Notes: generated from the sequence alone by a model not told the origin. A DNA stretch of 64,000 bases from a bacterium (GCA_021813325.1 JAKALA010000010.1:79-64078); one strand, 5' to 3'. Counted from the stretch's first letter, positions 28,219-38,275 are shown. A program made the numbers and translations.

Positions 28219-29133
28219 ATGTATTCTTTTTCAACCTGCTGGAATTCGGGACGCCACACGGATGGGCGCGAGATGCTGCGCGAAATTCGCGATTTGGGTT
28301 TTGAATACGCCGAATTGAGCCACGGCATTCGCATCAGCCTGCTGCCGGGAATTTTGGATGCGGTCTCCGCCGGCGAAATCAAGATTTCCACGCTGCACAA
28401 TTTTTGTCCGCTGCCGGTGGGCGTCAACGTGCCGGCGCCCAATCTCTACGAATTTTCCTCGGATCGTTCACGCGAGCGAGAACTGGCGGTCAAATATACG
28501 CTCAAGACGTTTGAGTTTGCCGCCCGCGTCGGCGCGCGTCTGGTGGTGCTGCATTCGGGGCGGATGGATTTGAAGGATTACGGCAGCAAACTGGAGGCGC
28601 TGATTGAGAAAGGCGAGCGGAATTCGCCCAAGTATGAAAAAGTGCTGGCCGAGGCCATGGCCAAGCGGGACGCGCGCAAGGAGGGTGCCATGCAGCGGCT
28701 TTACGAATGTTTGAAAATCATCATCCCGGAAGCGGAAAAGCGGGGTTTGATGCTGGGCTTCGAAAATCGTGAAGCGGTGGCGGAAATTCCGCTGGATCAC
28801 GATTTTGATTATTTCTTCCGCGATTTTGACAGCCCGAATGTGGCTTACTGGCATGATTGCGGCCATGGCCAGATCAAGGAAAACATGGGTTTCATGCGCG
28901 TGACGGAGCAGCTCGACAGCCTGTCGAACCGTCTGGCGGGTTTTCATATCCACGACGTGCAGGCGCCGTTGCGGGATCATTGTCCGCCCGGCAGCGGCAT
29001 GATTGATTTTGCGGCCATCAAGCCGTTCGTAAAACCCGAGCATATCAAGGTGTTTGAGTTGAGTCCCAAGGTTCCGGTGGATGCTGCCAAGCAAGGGGTC
29101 GCCTATCTGAAGAATCTTTGGGGCGAAGGTTAA
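28219..29133 (+). CDS. sugar phosphate isomerase/epimerase (xylose isomerase-like TIM barrel)
   Basis: GFEYAELSHG, RLVVLHSG, LGFENR and HIHD match the metal-ligand strand pattern of the AP-endonuclease-2/TIM barrel family. Confidence 0.8.
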   Translation: MYSFSTCWNSGRHTDGREMLREIRDLGFEYAELSHGIRISLLPGILDAVSAGEIKISTLHNFCPLPVGVNVPAPNLYEFSSDRSRERELAVKYTLKTFEFAARVGARLVVLHSGRMDLKDYGSKLEALIEKGERNSPKYEKVLAEAMAKRDARKEGAMQRLYECLKIIIPEAEKRGLMLGFENREAVAEIPLDHDFDYFFRDFDSPNVAYWHDCGHGQIKENMGFMRVTEQLDSLSNRLAGFHIHDVQAPLRDHCPPGSGMIDFAAIKPFVKPEHIKVFELSPKVPVDAAKQGVAYLKNLWGEG

Positions 29134-29314
29134 CCTCTTCGCGAACGATGGTGTTTTGCCGCCGGCGGAACGTGGCCGTTTCATGCCACGGGACATTTGT
29201 CAGCCGGCAGGTTAGTTATCCATGATATTCAATATGCCTGTTTTGGTTTCAACCGTTCGCCTGCCTCGAGGTTTGCGCCGATCAGGCGGTGCGCGATTTT
29301 TTTTCAACGGCCCG

Positions 29315-32300
29315 ATGCTTTTGACGCGCAGATGGCGCCTGACCGGATTGGTGTTGTTGCTGCTGGGGCAAATCTCGCTTCGGGCCTTTACCTCAAACGA
29401 GGTGCGCACGGTGGTGAGTTCCTTCAATTCCAATTTCCTGTCGGTCAGCGGCACCAACGGTTACATCAAGGATACGCAAACGGGCGGCGTGGCCTATTTC
29501 TGGGGACAGGCGGAGATGATCGAATGTTACCTCGACGCCTACGAGTGGAGTGGCGATCCGGTTTACAAAGGAATGATCACCAATCTGCTCAACGGTTTTA
29601 TAGTCAATAACGGCTCTTCCTGGTCGTATAATGAATACAACGACGACATTCTCTGGGCGGTGATCGCGTTTGCGCGGGGCGGCGTGGATTGCGGAAACTC
29701 CGGTTATTGCGCCATCGCCAAGGCCAATTTCGACATGGTCTATGCGCGGGGATGGGATTCTAAACTCGGCGGCGGATTATATTGGCGCGACAGTGACAGA
29801 GCTTCCAAGAATGCGTGTGTCAACGGCCCGGGCGCCATCGCGGCGTGTTTGCTGTATCAGGTTTACAACGACCCCGGTTATCTCAGCAAAGCCAGCGCCA
29901 TCTACGCCTGGGAACGCTCGGTGTTGTTCAATCCGGGCAGCGGCGCCATTTACGACAGCATTGGAACGAATGGTTCAATCAGCTATTGGGCCAGCACCTA
30001 CAATCAGGGCACTTTCATTGGCGCGGCCAATTTTCTCAATCAAACCAACGATGCGTTGCTGGCCGCCAATTTTACCATGACGGGCTTGTCCAGCGGCGGC
30101 CTTCTTCCGGAGTATGGCATCGCGGGCAACAATTCGGGATTCAACGCCATTTTTCTGCGCTGGATGGTTCGCTTCATGCACGATCGCGGCCTGAAAAGTT
30201 ATTACGAACCCTGGCTGCAACTCAATGCCACCGCTGCCTGGAACATTCGCCGTTCCGACAACTTATCCTGGTGCCAGTGGCAGCATCCGACCCCGGCCGG
30301 AACCAATTTTTATGCGTGGGACTGTATTTCCTCGTTTTCAGCCCTGCTCGCGGCGGATCCCACGGAAGGCGCTTCGCCCGGGGCCGTGCCCACGGATGAA
30401 ATCGGCTATTGGCCGTTGGATGCTCAAAGCGGCAGCTCTGCGGTGGATATTTCAGGCAATGGCAACAATGCCGCGCTGACCGGGCCCATTTGGAATTCAG
30501 CCGGACGTTTTAAGAATTGTCTTACCTTCAATGGAACGAACAGCTACGCGCAAATCCAGCGTCCGGTGGCGAATGACTTCAGCCTCGCATTTTGGGTGAA
30601 AACCACGCAGAACACGGCCGTGGGCCAGTGGTATAACGGAGCTGCGCTGGTGGATGGCGATGCCTCCGGCCCGGCGAATGATTTCGGCACGGGATTGGTC
30701 GGCGGTCGGTTTGCATTCGGTGTGGGCAACCCGGACACCACGGTTCTTTCGGCGACCGCCATTAACAACGGCGTCTGGCATTATTGTGTGGCCACTCGTC
30801 AGGAGGCCACCGGCGTCATTTGTGTCTATGTGGATGGCAGTTTGCAAGGGACGAAGACCGCAACCAAAAACACGCTGTCAGCCACGTCAAATTTGTATTT
30901 CGGACGCTACGCCTCCGGGGGCGGATTTTTCAACGGCAGCCTGGATGAGGTCAGGATTTTTGACCGGACCTTGAGCGGTATCGAAGTGGCCGCGCTGTAT
31001 GCCAGTTGTCAGCAGGCTCCCCCGACGGCGCCGGCTAATTTCACCGCCACGCCCGTCAACGGCGTGGTGCGATTGAACTGGTGGTCGTCGCCCGCCGCGA
31101 CGAGCTACAACGTGAAGCGGTCGCTCTATGCGGGCGGACCTTACACCACGATGACCAACGTGGTTTCGGCCAGTTTTGCGGATGCGGGCATCGTCGCCAA
31201 TCGGACCTATTATTACGTGGTTTCGGCGGTGAACGTGGCGGGCGAAGGTCCGGATTCCGCCCCGGCCAGAGCCAACACTTCCTCGCTGGTTGTCAACCTG
31301 AAGGCGGAGGCGATTTCCGGGGTCGCCAGCGGCGCGCAGATTTCGGTGTGGCCGGATGTCAGCGGCAACGGTTACAACGCGGTTCAGCCCATGTCTGTGA
31401 ACCAGCCGACTTATGCGGCGAACGCCATCAATGGCCGGCCGGCGGTTCACTTCAACGCGGCAAACAGCTCTTGCCTGTGGCTGCTGCGCCCGGTGCAGGA
31501 TGACTTTACGATCATGCTGGTTTTTCAAAGCACGCAGGGCGTCAACACCGGCGTTGCGTTTTGGAATGGCGCCGGGCTGGTAAACGGTGAACAGAGCGGC
31601 GCCGTCAATGATTTCGGCATGTCGATCAACGCGGATGGTCGCGTTCTGGCCGGCACGGGCAATCCGGATAAAACCGCGGTTTCCGCTCCCGGTTTCAATG
31701 ACGGGCGGCCGCACATCGTCACGTTCAAGCGCACCATGAGCACCGGCGTCATCATGCTCTACGTCGATGGAGTAGTGGTTGGAGTGGCGACCGCCGCGAG
31801 CAAGCAGTCGTTGACGGCGCCCAACGTTTTGACCCTCGGGGCGCAGGCGGTTTTGAATAATTTTCTGACCGGCGATATTGCCGAGGTGCAGATTTATAAT
31901 TCGCCCCTGTCGGACCTTGACCAGATCAACCTGGAAAATTCGCTGAAATGCAAATACGCGATCGGGGCGGCAGCCGCATTGACGGCGCCAGTCGGTTTGG
32001 CGGGTTCAGCCGGCAATCGCCAGATTACACTCACCTGGCCGTTGATCGCCGGCGCCAGCGGTTACGATCTGTGGCGCTCCACCAACAACGGTAACGCTTA
32101 CGAGCTGGCCGCCGCCGGTGTGAATGCGGGCGGTTACACCGACACCCATGCCGCCAATGGCCTGGTGAACTACTACAAAGTGGCGGCGCTTGACGCCTGC
32201 GGTGAAGGCGCGAATTCGGCGGCGCTGGGAGTGCTGTTGCCGTTGCCGTCGCTGAGTATGAATGTGGGTTCCGGATCACTGGCCTTGAGCTGGCCGGATT

Positions 32301-32455
32301 GGGCGACGGACTGGCAATTGTATTCCGCGACCAACCTGACGCCGCCGGTCTCGTGGACGCTCGTGCCCAACGCGACGTCCGCCACCAATGGCGCTTTCCA
32401 CATAAATCTGCCGGTGGATGGCGGCACGCACCTCTTCCGTCTGTCGTCACCTTGA
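29315..32455 (+). CDS. secreted multidomain CAZyme: GH76 (alpha-1,6-mannanase-like) + 2 LamG/concanavalin-like + FN3-like domains + C-terminal LFRL module
   Basis: GH76-like GVAYFWGQAEMIECYLDAYE, YNDDILWAVIAF, GGGLYWRD and KNACVNGPGAIAA. LamG signatures LDEVRIFDRTLS and IAEVQIYNSPLS. The tail is LALSWPDWATDWQLYSATNL...THLFRLSSP. Start chosen at ATG 29315 to expose the leader MLLTRRWRLTGLVLLLLGQISLRA; the ORF opens at 29222. Confidence 0.8.
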   Translation: MLLTRRWRLTGLVLLLLGQISLRAFTSNEVRTVVSSFNSNFLSVSGTNGYIKDTQTGGVAYFWGQAEMIECYLDAYEWSGDPVYKGMITNLLNGFIVNNGSSWSYNEYNDDILWAVIAFARGGVDCGNSGYCAIAKANFDMVYARGWDSKLGGGLYWRDSDRASKNACVNGPGAIAACLLYQVYNDPGYLSKASAIYAWERSVLFNPGSGAIYDSIGTNGSISYWASTYNQGTFIGAANFLNQTNDALLAANFTMTGLSSGGLLPEYGIAGNNSGFNAIFLRWMVRFMHDRGLKSYYEPWLQLNATAAWNIRRSDNLSWCQWQHPTPAGTNFYAWDCISSFSALLAADPTEGASPGAVPTDEIGYWPLDAQSGSSAVDISGNGNNAALTGPIWNSAGRFKNCLTFNGTNSYAQIQRPVANDFSLAFWVKTTQNTAVGQWYNGAALVDGDASGPANDFGTGLVGGRFAFGVGNPDTTVLSATAINNGVWHYCVATRQEATGVICVYVDGSLQGTKTATKNTLSATSNLYFGRYASGGGFFNGSLDEVRIFDRTLSGIEVAALYASCQQAPPTAPANFTATPVNGVVRLNWWSSPAATSYNVKRSLYAGGPYTTMTNVVSASFADAGIVANRTYYYVVSAVNVAGEGPDSAPARANTSSLVVNLKAEAISGVASGAQISVWPDVSGNGYNAVQPMSVNQPTYAANAINGRPAVHFNAANSSCLWLLRPVQDDFTIMLVFQSTQGVNTGVAFWNGAGLVNGEQSGAVNDFGMSINADGRVLAGTGNPDKTAVSAPGFNDGRPHIVTFKRTMSTGVIMLYVDGVVVGVATAASKQSLTAPNVLTLGAQAVLNNFLTGDIAEVQIYNSPLSDLDQINLENSLKCKYAIGAAAALTAPVGLAGSAGNRQITLTWPLIAGASGYDLWRSTNNGNAYELAAAGVNAGGYTDTHAANGLVNYYKVAALDACGEGANSAALGVLLPLPSLSMNVGSGSLALSWPDWATDWQLYSATNLTPPVSWTLVPNATSATNGAFHINLPVDGGTHLFRLSSP

Positions 32456-32500
32456 AGTTGCAAGCATTGTCCGAACTCGCAGTTTGCCGGGCCAGGCAAT

Positions 32501-33952
32501 TTGCATTGCGCTTCCAAGCCTTTGCGGGAAAATCGGCGCGTGAATTCCTTGCGTGAACCGGCCCGGCAAATTGTGGAGCGCCTGCATCGTGCGGGATTCA
32601 CCGCGTTTTGGGTGGGCGGCTGTGTCCGGGATTTTTTGCTGAGACTGGAACCGCATGATTTCGACATTGCCACGGATGCCCGTCCGGAGCAGGTGGAGAG
32701 ATTGTTTGAGCGGACCATTCCCGTGGGCCGGAAATTCGGGGTGGTGATCGTCCTGCTTCAAGGCCGGCAATTTCAAGTCGCCACATTTCGTGCGGAAGCG
32801 GAATATCGCGACGGTCGGCACCCCGAAAAAATTGCGTTTGCCAATGCCGAGGTCGACGCGACGCGACGTGATTTCACTGTGAACGGACTTTTCTTCGATC
32901 CGATTAACCAGAAGCTGCATGACTGGGTCGGCGGCGAAAGCGATTTGCGGGGAAAAATCATCCGCACCATTGGCAAAGCGGAGGAACGATTTGGCGAGGA
33001 TCATTTGCGCATGCTGCGCGCCGTGCGTTTTGCCGCGCGCCTGAACTTTACCATCGAGCCAAACACGCTGGCCGCCATCCAGAACCTCGCGCCCAAAATC
33101 AAAGCCATCAGCGCGGAACGCATTCGCGATGAGCTGGTGAAATTATTCGCGTCGCCAGAAGCGGGCAGCGTGGGCAGTCCTCTGCCCGCCGATCCCTTGC
33201 AAACGGACGTCGGCGTGCACGGAGCGGCGCGCTCCACCTCGCCCGCAGCGCGCGGCTTGATTTTGCTGCGCGACAGCGGATTGCTGGAGCACGTTTGTCC
33301 GGAACTGGCGGCGACGATCACCTGCGAGCAGTCGCCCGATTTTCATCCGGAAGGCAGTGTGTTTAATCATCTTTGCCTGATGCTTGAGCAAATGCCGACC
33401 GCGGCGCCGGAGTTGTTGCCGTGGGCGGTTTTGCTGCATGACATCGCCAAGCCGGTGACGGCGGAACGTGATGTCGCAACCGGGAAAATTACCTTCTACG
33501 GCCATGAGCGGGTTGGTGCCGAGATGGCGGAAAAAATCTTGTTGCGATTGAAATTCCCGAACAAACAAATCGAGGAAATCGTGGCGTGCGTCCGGCATCA
33601 CATGCAGTTTAAAGACGTGAAGCAGATGCGCAAAGCCACGCTGCGCCGGTTGTTGCTGCGCGAGACCTTTCCGCTGGAATTGGAATTGCACCGGCTGGAT
33701 TGCCTGGGTTCATCCGGACGGTTGGAGCATTACGAATTTCTCCTCGAACAGGCTGAAGCGTTAAAACATTCCCCCGCGATTCAGCCGCCCTTGTTGACCG
33801 GCCATGATCTGATCAAACTCGGAATTCAGCCTGGCCCCGCACTGGGCGCGCTGCTGGCGGAGCTTCGGGAACGTCAGTTGGCTGATGAACTGGTCACGGC
33901 GGCGGACGCATTGGAATGGCTAAAAAAGCAATTGCCGCGGCATGTCCGATGA
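32501..33952 (+). CDS. cca: CCA-adding tRNA nucleotidyltransferase with HD domain
   Basis: FWVGGCVRDFLLRLEPHDFDIATDA, RRDFTVNGLFFDP, LRAVRFAARL and the HD motif LLHDIAKP. Confidence 0.88.
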   Translation: MHCASKPLRENRRVNSLREPARQIVERLHRAGFTAFWVGGCVRDFLLRLEPHDFDIATDARPEQVERLFERTIPVGRKFGVVIVLLQGRQFQVATFRAEAEYRDGRHPEKIAFANAEVDATRRDFTVNGLFFDPINQKLHDWVGGESDLRGKIIRTIGKAEERFGEDHLRMLRAVRFAARLNFTIEPNTLAAIQNLAPKIKAISAERIRDELVKLFASPEAGSVGSPLPADPLQTDVGVHGAARSTSPAARGLILLRDSGLLEHVCPELAATITCEQSPDFHPEGSVFNHLCLMLEQMPTAAPELLPWAVLLHDIAKPVTAERDVATGKITFYGHERVGAEMAEKILLRLKFPNKQIEEIVACVRHHMQFKDVKQMRKATLRRLLLRETFPLELELHRLDCLGSSGRLEHYEFLLEQAEALKHSPAIQPPLLTGHDLIKLGIQPGPALGALLAELRERQLADELVTAADALEWLKKQLPRHVR

Positions 33953-34232
33953 ACCGCTAGAACTGCCGATTGACGGCGTTTTGGATTTGCACACGTTTCG
34001 TCCGGGCGACGTGAAGGAGTTGGTGCCGGATTATCTGGCCGCGTGTCAGGCGCGGGGCATTTTGCAGGTGCGCATCATTCACGGCAAAGGCATCGGCAAC
34101 CTGCGCCGGTCGGTGCATGCGCTACTGGCGAGAAATCCCGAGGTGATTTCCTTCACGCTCGACCATCCGCAATTTGGCGGGTGGGGGGCGACGCTGGTGC
34201 GGCTGCGTCCGCTGGCTGGATCGGCAGCATGA
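33942..34232 (+). CDS. Smr-domain protein
   Basis: LDLHTFRPGDVKELVPDYLAACQARGILQVRIIHGKGIGNLRRSV is the Smr (MutS2 C-terminal) pattern. Its start overlaps the end of cca by 11 nt. Confidence 0.8.
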   Translation: MSDEPLELPIDGVLDLHTFRPGDVKELVPDYLAACQARGILQVRIIHGKGIGNLRRSVHALLARNPEVISFTLDHPQFGGWGATLVRLRPLAGSAA

Positions 34233-34593
34233 TTCTGGCGGCGTCGCTCGGGCGCGGGAAAATCAGCAGTTTCTTTCCATTCGGCAAGGTTGCGAGTCCC
34301 ACCGGAGTATTGGGAAAAAGCGAAAGTAATTCTTCGTCCGTGAGTAATTTCACCGGAAGTTCGGCGGCGGTTTTGGCGTGTGCTTGAGCCACGGGCGTCG
34401 AGCCCGGTGCTTTTGGTTGCGGCCGCAGCCAGAGGCTGACAATGGAGACCAGCGCCAGCAAGGCAAAGATCTGTTTGGCAGCGCGGCATTGCCGGCGACG
34501 GCGCAGCACCGCGCCGGCGGCGGCGAGAGTGGCGCTTCGGTGCGGTTGATCGTTCAGCAAATCGTGAAACAGCCGTTGTTTATCGCTTCTCAT
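34153..34593 (-). CDS. putative membrane-anchored anti-sigma factor
   Basis: Overlaps the stop of the upstream ECF sigma gene by 14 nt. Single TM segment (IFALLALVSIVSLWL) after a short cytoplasmic N-terminus. I recognised no family motif. Confidence 0.5.
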   Translation of the reverse strand: MRSDKQRLFHDLLNDQPHRSATLAAAGAVLRRRRQCRAAKQIFALLALVSIVSLWLRPQPKAPGSTPVAQAHAKTAAELPVKLLTDEELLSLFPNTPVGLATLPNGKKLLIFPRPSDAARIMLPIQPADAAAPASPPTRQIADGRA

Positions 34594-35215
34594 GGGACAA
34601 AAGTTGGGTTAGGACGGCGCGCAATTTTGCCCGGGTTCGCTCCAATCGGCTGGAAACCGATTTGGGCGTGGCTTCGAGGCGATCCGCAATTTCCTTGTGG
34701 CTCAGTTGATCGAAATAAAACCATTCCAGCAGTTCACGCTCGTCGGTATTCATGGATTGCAGCGCGCCGTCCAGGCAGGCTTCCAGGACCGAATCGGATT
34801 TGTCTTCGCAGTCGGGCAAGTCGGCCATGCCGATGATGGCGGCTTCGCGTTGCTTCTGTCGCCAGGATTTTGAAAGGTGCTGGCGAACCACGCGGGCCAG
34901 CCAGTTCCAAAGATGTTCCGCGCTCTCGACCCGGCGCAGTTTTCTGGCCGCAGTGAGAAATGCCGCTTGAACGGCGTCGTGCGCCAGCAGTTCCTCGCCG
35001 CGGGCAATCACCAGCGCAAAGCGAAACAGGCGCGGCTGGAACGAGGCGTAAAATTCCCCAAACGCCGTCTCATCGCCCCTGGCAATGGCGGTGACGAGCC
35101 GCCGGGCGGCGATGTCGGCGGACACGTCATGGTCTGGCGTGCTGGAGTTCTCCACGAGAAGGCGCGGGGTTCGTGCCGGAAGGGGCAGGGGCATGGTGTC
35201 GCCAGAAATCGTCAT
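34580..35215 (-). CDS. ECF-type RNA polymerase sigma-70 factor
   Basis: Region 2-like FGEFYASFQPRLFRFALVIARGEELLAHDAVQAAFL. Region 4 HTH ERELLEWFYFDQLSHKEIADRLEATPKSVSSRLERTRAKLR. Confidence 0.85.
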   Translation of the reverse strand: MTISGDTMPLPLPARTPRLLVENSSTPDHDVSADIAARRLVTAIARGDETAFGEFYASFQPRLFRFALVIARGEELLAHDAVQAAFLTAARKLRRVESAEHLWNWLARVVRQHLSKSWRQKQREAAIIGMADLPDCEDKSDSVLEACLDGALQSMNTDERELLEWFYFDQLSHKEIADRLEATPKSVSSRLERTRAKLRAVLTQLLSHEKR

Positions 35216-35225
35216 GCGTGACCAC

Positions 35226-36158
35226 TCACTTACCGCCAGCGCCGCTGGATTTCAACTCCGTTTTGGTTTCGGTGGATTTGGGGTTCGTTCCCGAGGAGTT
35301 TTTTCGGAGCCGGTCATAGACCGCTTTTTGGCGCAATGCGGCAAGAGTTTGCTGAAGGGTTACATTTTGTTCCGGCGTGCCATTGAGCACCAAAATCTCC
35401 GCTTCAGGATGAAAGAGGATGGTGTTGTCTAACGGCTCGTTATAGGTGTCCTTCCAAACTTGCTGAATGGTTTTGAGAATGGCATCCAAGGTCAGCCCGC
35501 CGGAATTTGCATCGCTTAAAAGATCACCAATGAAAATGACCTGACAGATTTTTTCGGCTTCAACGGCACCACTTTTGCCCAGGAGCAACTGGTTGGCCTC
35601 GGGCAAAACACGCAGCATGGCCAGCGGGTGCCGGTCTGCGCGCAATTCCCAGCGCAAGGGGGTTTTATCGTTTTCAAACACAAGGTTCATGGCGTTGAAA
35701 ATGTCGCTGGCCCGGACATTTTTTAACTGAAGGTTAATCATCGTCTGGCCCCAGTCTTGGCCATAGGCCTGGGGCATCGGCAGGATGTCGAACTGCTCTT
35801 TGAAATCTTCTCGCAAATCGCGCGCCACCTCAAACAACGGCAGGCCGTTAAAATCGACATTGGTGAGAATAATGCCCGGGTCAGACCAATCGTCGGGAAT
35901 CCATTTATGTTCAACAGGCAGCCCGGTGGCGGGATCAATCTGCGTCGGTCCGGTCATCGGTGGCAGGGTCACATGTTGTATGCGTTGGTCCAACAATGGC
36001 TGATGCAAGACAGGCTGCGACCCAATCTGATTGACGGGAACGGGCAAGCCGGTGGTTGGATCGATCATCGGCCCACGCGGCATGACCGGTTGTTGGGCGG
36101 CGGCGGGGTGGCAAAACAGGGCGGCGGCGAGGACGAGGACGGGTGTGAAGGTTTTCAT
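35226..36158 (-). CDS. secreted protein, first gene of the ECF sigma operon, with a short secretin-N/STN-like segment
   Basis: Signal peptide MKTFTPVLVLAAALFCHPAAA, Pro-rich repeats (DPTTGLPVP / DPATGLPVE) and the segment ILTNVDFNGLPLFEVARDLRE. Start set at the internal ATG (cat 36156-36158). Confidence 0.6.
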   Translation of the reverse strand: MKTFTPVLVLAAALFCHPAAAQQPVMPRGPMIDPTTGLPVPVNQIGSQPVLHQPLLDQRIQHVTLPPMTGPTQIDPATGLPVEHKWIPDDWSDPGIILTNVDFNGLPLFEVARDLREDFKEQFDILPMPQAYGQDWGQTMINLQLKNVRASDIFNAMNLVFENDKTPLRWELRADRHPLAMLRVLPEANQLLLGKSGAVEAEKICQVIFIGDLLSDANSGGLTLDAILKTIQQVWKDTYNEPLDNTILFHPEAEILVLNGTPEQNVTLQQTLAALRQKAVYDRLRKNSSGTNPKSTETKTELKSSGAGGK

Positions 36159-36239
36159 GGCAAAGGAATGTTCATGTCGGTTCACTCCGCATTAGCCCGA
36201 AATTTGCAAAATGCCTCGAAAAATTTTCGGGGCTACGGT

Positions 36240-36890
36240 TCAAGGCGAATTCAAAGGCGCAATTTCCATTTTGCGAATTTCAATTTCGCCGCCTTCGCTC
36301 TGGATGCCGATGAAGCCATTGGTCACGGTGCAGTCAGTGGTGGCATTCATCCATCGGCCATTGAGGTAGGACTCGATGGTCGCGCCCCGGCAGATGGTTT
36401 TGGCCACATTCCATTTGCCAACGGGACGTTCTGCCGATTCGCCGTGGAAGGGCAGGGGCGTATTGGCGTCTTTGCCTTGATGTTCTTTGGATTCAGCGCC
36501 GGCCATTAGAAAGAGGTCGCCCTGGCGGGTGTGTTTACCCTGCACTTGGACGCACCTTGGCCAGACTTTATCGGGCGTTTGAATGTGCAGCAGAATTCCG
36601 GTGTTGTCGGCTTTGGGCGCGACTTTCACGAAGCGCCATTCCACGGTGAGCACGTAATTGCTGAAACGGCTGGTGGTGCGCAGGTAGCCGGCGGGCTGGC
36701 CGGTGCAATGAATCAGGCCGTTGGTTACGCTCCAGGTTTTTAGCGGGTCCGCCTGGCCGTTCAGGCAAAAGGTAAACCCGTCCAAATTTTTTCCGTTGAA
36801 CAAGCTGACCGGCTGCGAGGTTCTGGTGAGTTGCGCCAACAAATTGCCCGCTGTGAAAAGGATCAGCCCGAAACAGACGGCAATTTTCAT
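36240..36890 (-). CDS. DUF1080 (3-keto-disaccharide hydrolase-like) secreted protein
   Basis: Signal peptide. LFNGKNLDGF, WSVTNGLI, SNYVLTVEWRF, NTGILLH and GFIGIQSEGGEIEIRKMEI. Confidence 0.85.
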   Translation of the reverse strand: MKIAVCFGLILFTAGNLLAQLTRTSQPVSLFNGKNLDGFTFCLNGQADPLKTWSVTNGLIHCTGQPAGYLRTTSRFSNYVLTVEWRFVKVAPKADNTGILLHIQTPDKVWPRCVQVQGKHTRQGDLFLMAGAESKEHQGKDANTPLPFHGESAERPVGKWNVAKTICRGATIESYLNGRWMNATTDCTVTNGFIGIQSEGGEIEIRKMEIAPLNSP

Positions 36891-36938
36891 GCGCGCAGGC
36901 TGCGGCGCGGGCTTTTTTTTGGCAAGTGGATTCGGCGG

Positions 36939-38231
36939 CTATTCGGTCAGTTCGGCCTGCCAGGCTTCAAATTGTTCCGCCAGATTGAGGTGTTTGAGAT
37001 AATCCTGGCTGACGGGACTGGGCACCATGTTGGCGTGTTTGGCCTGCGCGTGTTGCAGGGCATTGGCAATGTGAACGATGCCCGCCAGGCAAATTGATTT
37101 GTTTCCGCATCGATGCGGGTGGTGATGGCAGGCGACCGCTTCGACCAACGGGATGGGCAATCCCCAGAGGGCCAGGAGATAGGCGCCGACTTCGGCATGC
37201 GTGGCCCCAAACTGTTTGCGTTCGACCTCGTGCAGCGGGGTGGCGGTTTCCTGGGATTCCGCATAGACCTGCGCGTATTCCGCCGGCAGGCCGTCGGCGA
37301 GAATCAATTTGCCAATGTCGTGCAAAACGCCGGCGGCAAACGCCGGCTTGAGGAGTTGTTGGTCTTCCAAGTGTTTTTTAAAAAGCTGCCGCCCCAAGGC
37401 CCCCGTTTGCGCCGAATGATGCCAGAGTTGGTCAATGGGAAAGCTGGGAAATTTCCGGCGGTCAAACCCGGAGAACAGCGGCACGGCCAGGGACAATGTC
37501 TGAATCACGGTTACGCCGAGCAACTGCACCGCTTCTTCCACGGAAAAGATTTGATGGCTGAAGCCGAAGAACGCCGAATTGGAGAGCTGCAACAGCTTGG
37601 CGCTCAAGGCCGGGTCTTGCGCGGCCAGTTCCGCAATGCGCTGGGAGGAGGCGTTGGGCGACTGCAACACGTCGGCGATCTGGAGATAAAGTTCCGGCAC
37701 ACTGGGCAGATTTTTGAGGCCGGCCACCAAGGCCGCCAACCGGTCGTTTTGCAGGCGGGATTTGACTTCCGTGACGTGCTTGATGCAATGGCGCAAGTCT
37801 TCCAAGCTGCAAGGCTTGCCCAGGAATTGATGCGTGAGGCCAACGCAGTTCACCACTTCGCTCAGGTCTGAATACCCCGACAAGACAATGCGCACCGTCT
37901 GGGGCGAGAGGCGGAAGATGTGGTTGAGCAGTTGCGCGCCGTTCATGCCGGACATGCGCATGTCTGTTACCACCACATCAAACGGTTTTTTCCGCGCCAG
38001 CGTCAACGCCTCCTCCCCGCTGCTGGCGAATTCCATGTCCCAATGAGATGTCATGGAGCGCATTCCCATGGTGAGAACACGAAGCATGGGCTGTTCGTCA
38101 TCCACAAACAATACGCGGTTTTTGGGCCGGGGCTGGTCGGGGATGAGGAGGGCTGACGGCGAGCCTCCCGGCGCGCTTTGCCTGTGGGGGGCGCGCGCAT
38201 CGCAACATAAATTGACCGGTGCCGATGGCAT
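36939..38231 (-). CDS. response regulator receiver + HDOD domain protein
   Basis: Receiver domain VLFVDDEQPML...DVVVTDMRMSGMNG...IVLSGYSD. HDOD domain LPSVPELYLQIADVLQSPNASSQRIAELAAQDPALSAKLLQLSNSAFFG...LHDIGKL. Confidence 0.85.
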   Translation of the reverse strand: MPSAPVNLCCDARAPHRQSAPGGSPSALLIPDQPRPKNRVLFVDDEQPMLRVLTMGMRSMTSHWDMEFASSGEEALTLARKKPFDVVVTDMRMSGMNGAQLLNHIFRLSPQTVRIVLSGYSDLSEVVNCVGLTHQFLGKPCSLEDLRHCIKHVTEVKSRLQNDRLAALVAGLKNLPSVPELYLQIADVLQSPNASSQRIAELAAQDPALSAKLLQLSNSAFFGFSHQIFSVEEAVQLLGVTVIQTLSLAVPLFSGFDRRKFPSFPIDQLWHHSAQTGALGRQLFKKHLEDQQLLKPAFAAGVLHDIGKLILADGLPAEYAQVYAESQETATPLHEVERKQFGATHAEVGAYLLALWGLPIPLVEAVACHHHPHRCGNKSICLAGIVHIANALQHAQAKHANMVPSPVSQDYLKHLNLAEQFEAWQAELTE

Positions 38232-38275
38232 GTCAACCCTTCATCGGCAGACCGCAAGACTGACTTTAGGGCAAT

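Noticed and set aside
34153-34232. 80-nt convergent overlap between the Smr gene and the putative anti-sigma gene
   Set aside because: It most likely reflects an over-long call of the weakly supported anti-sigma C-terminus, or a tolerated 3' overlap. It is not strong enough to claim antisense regulation.
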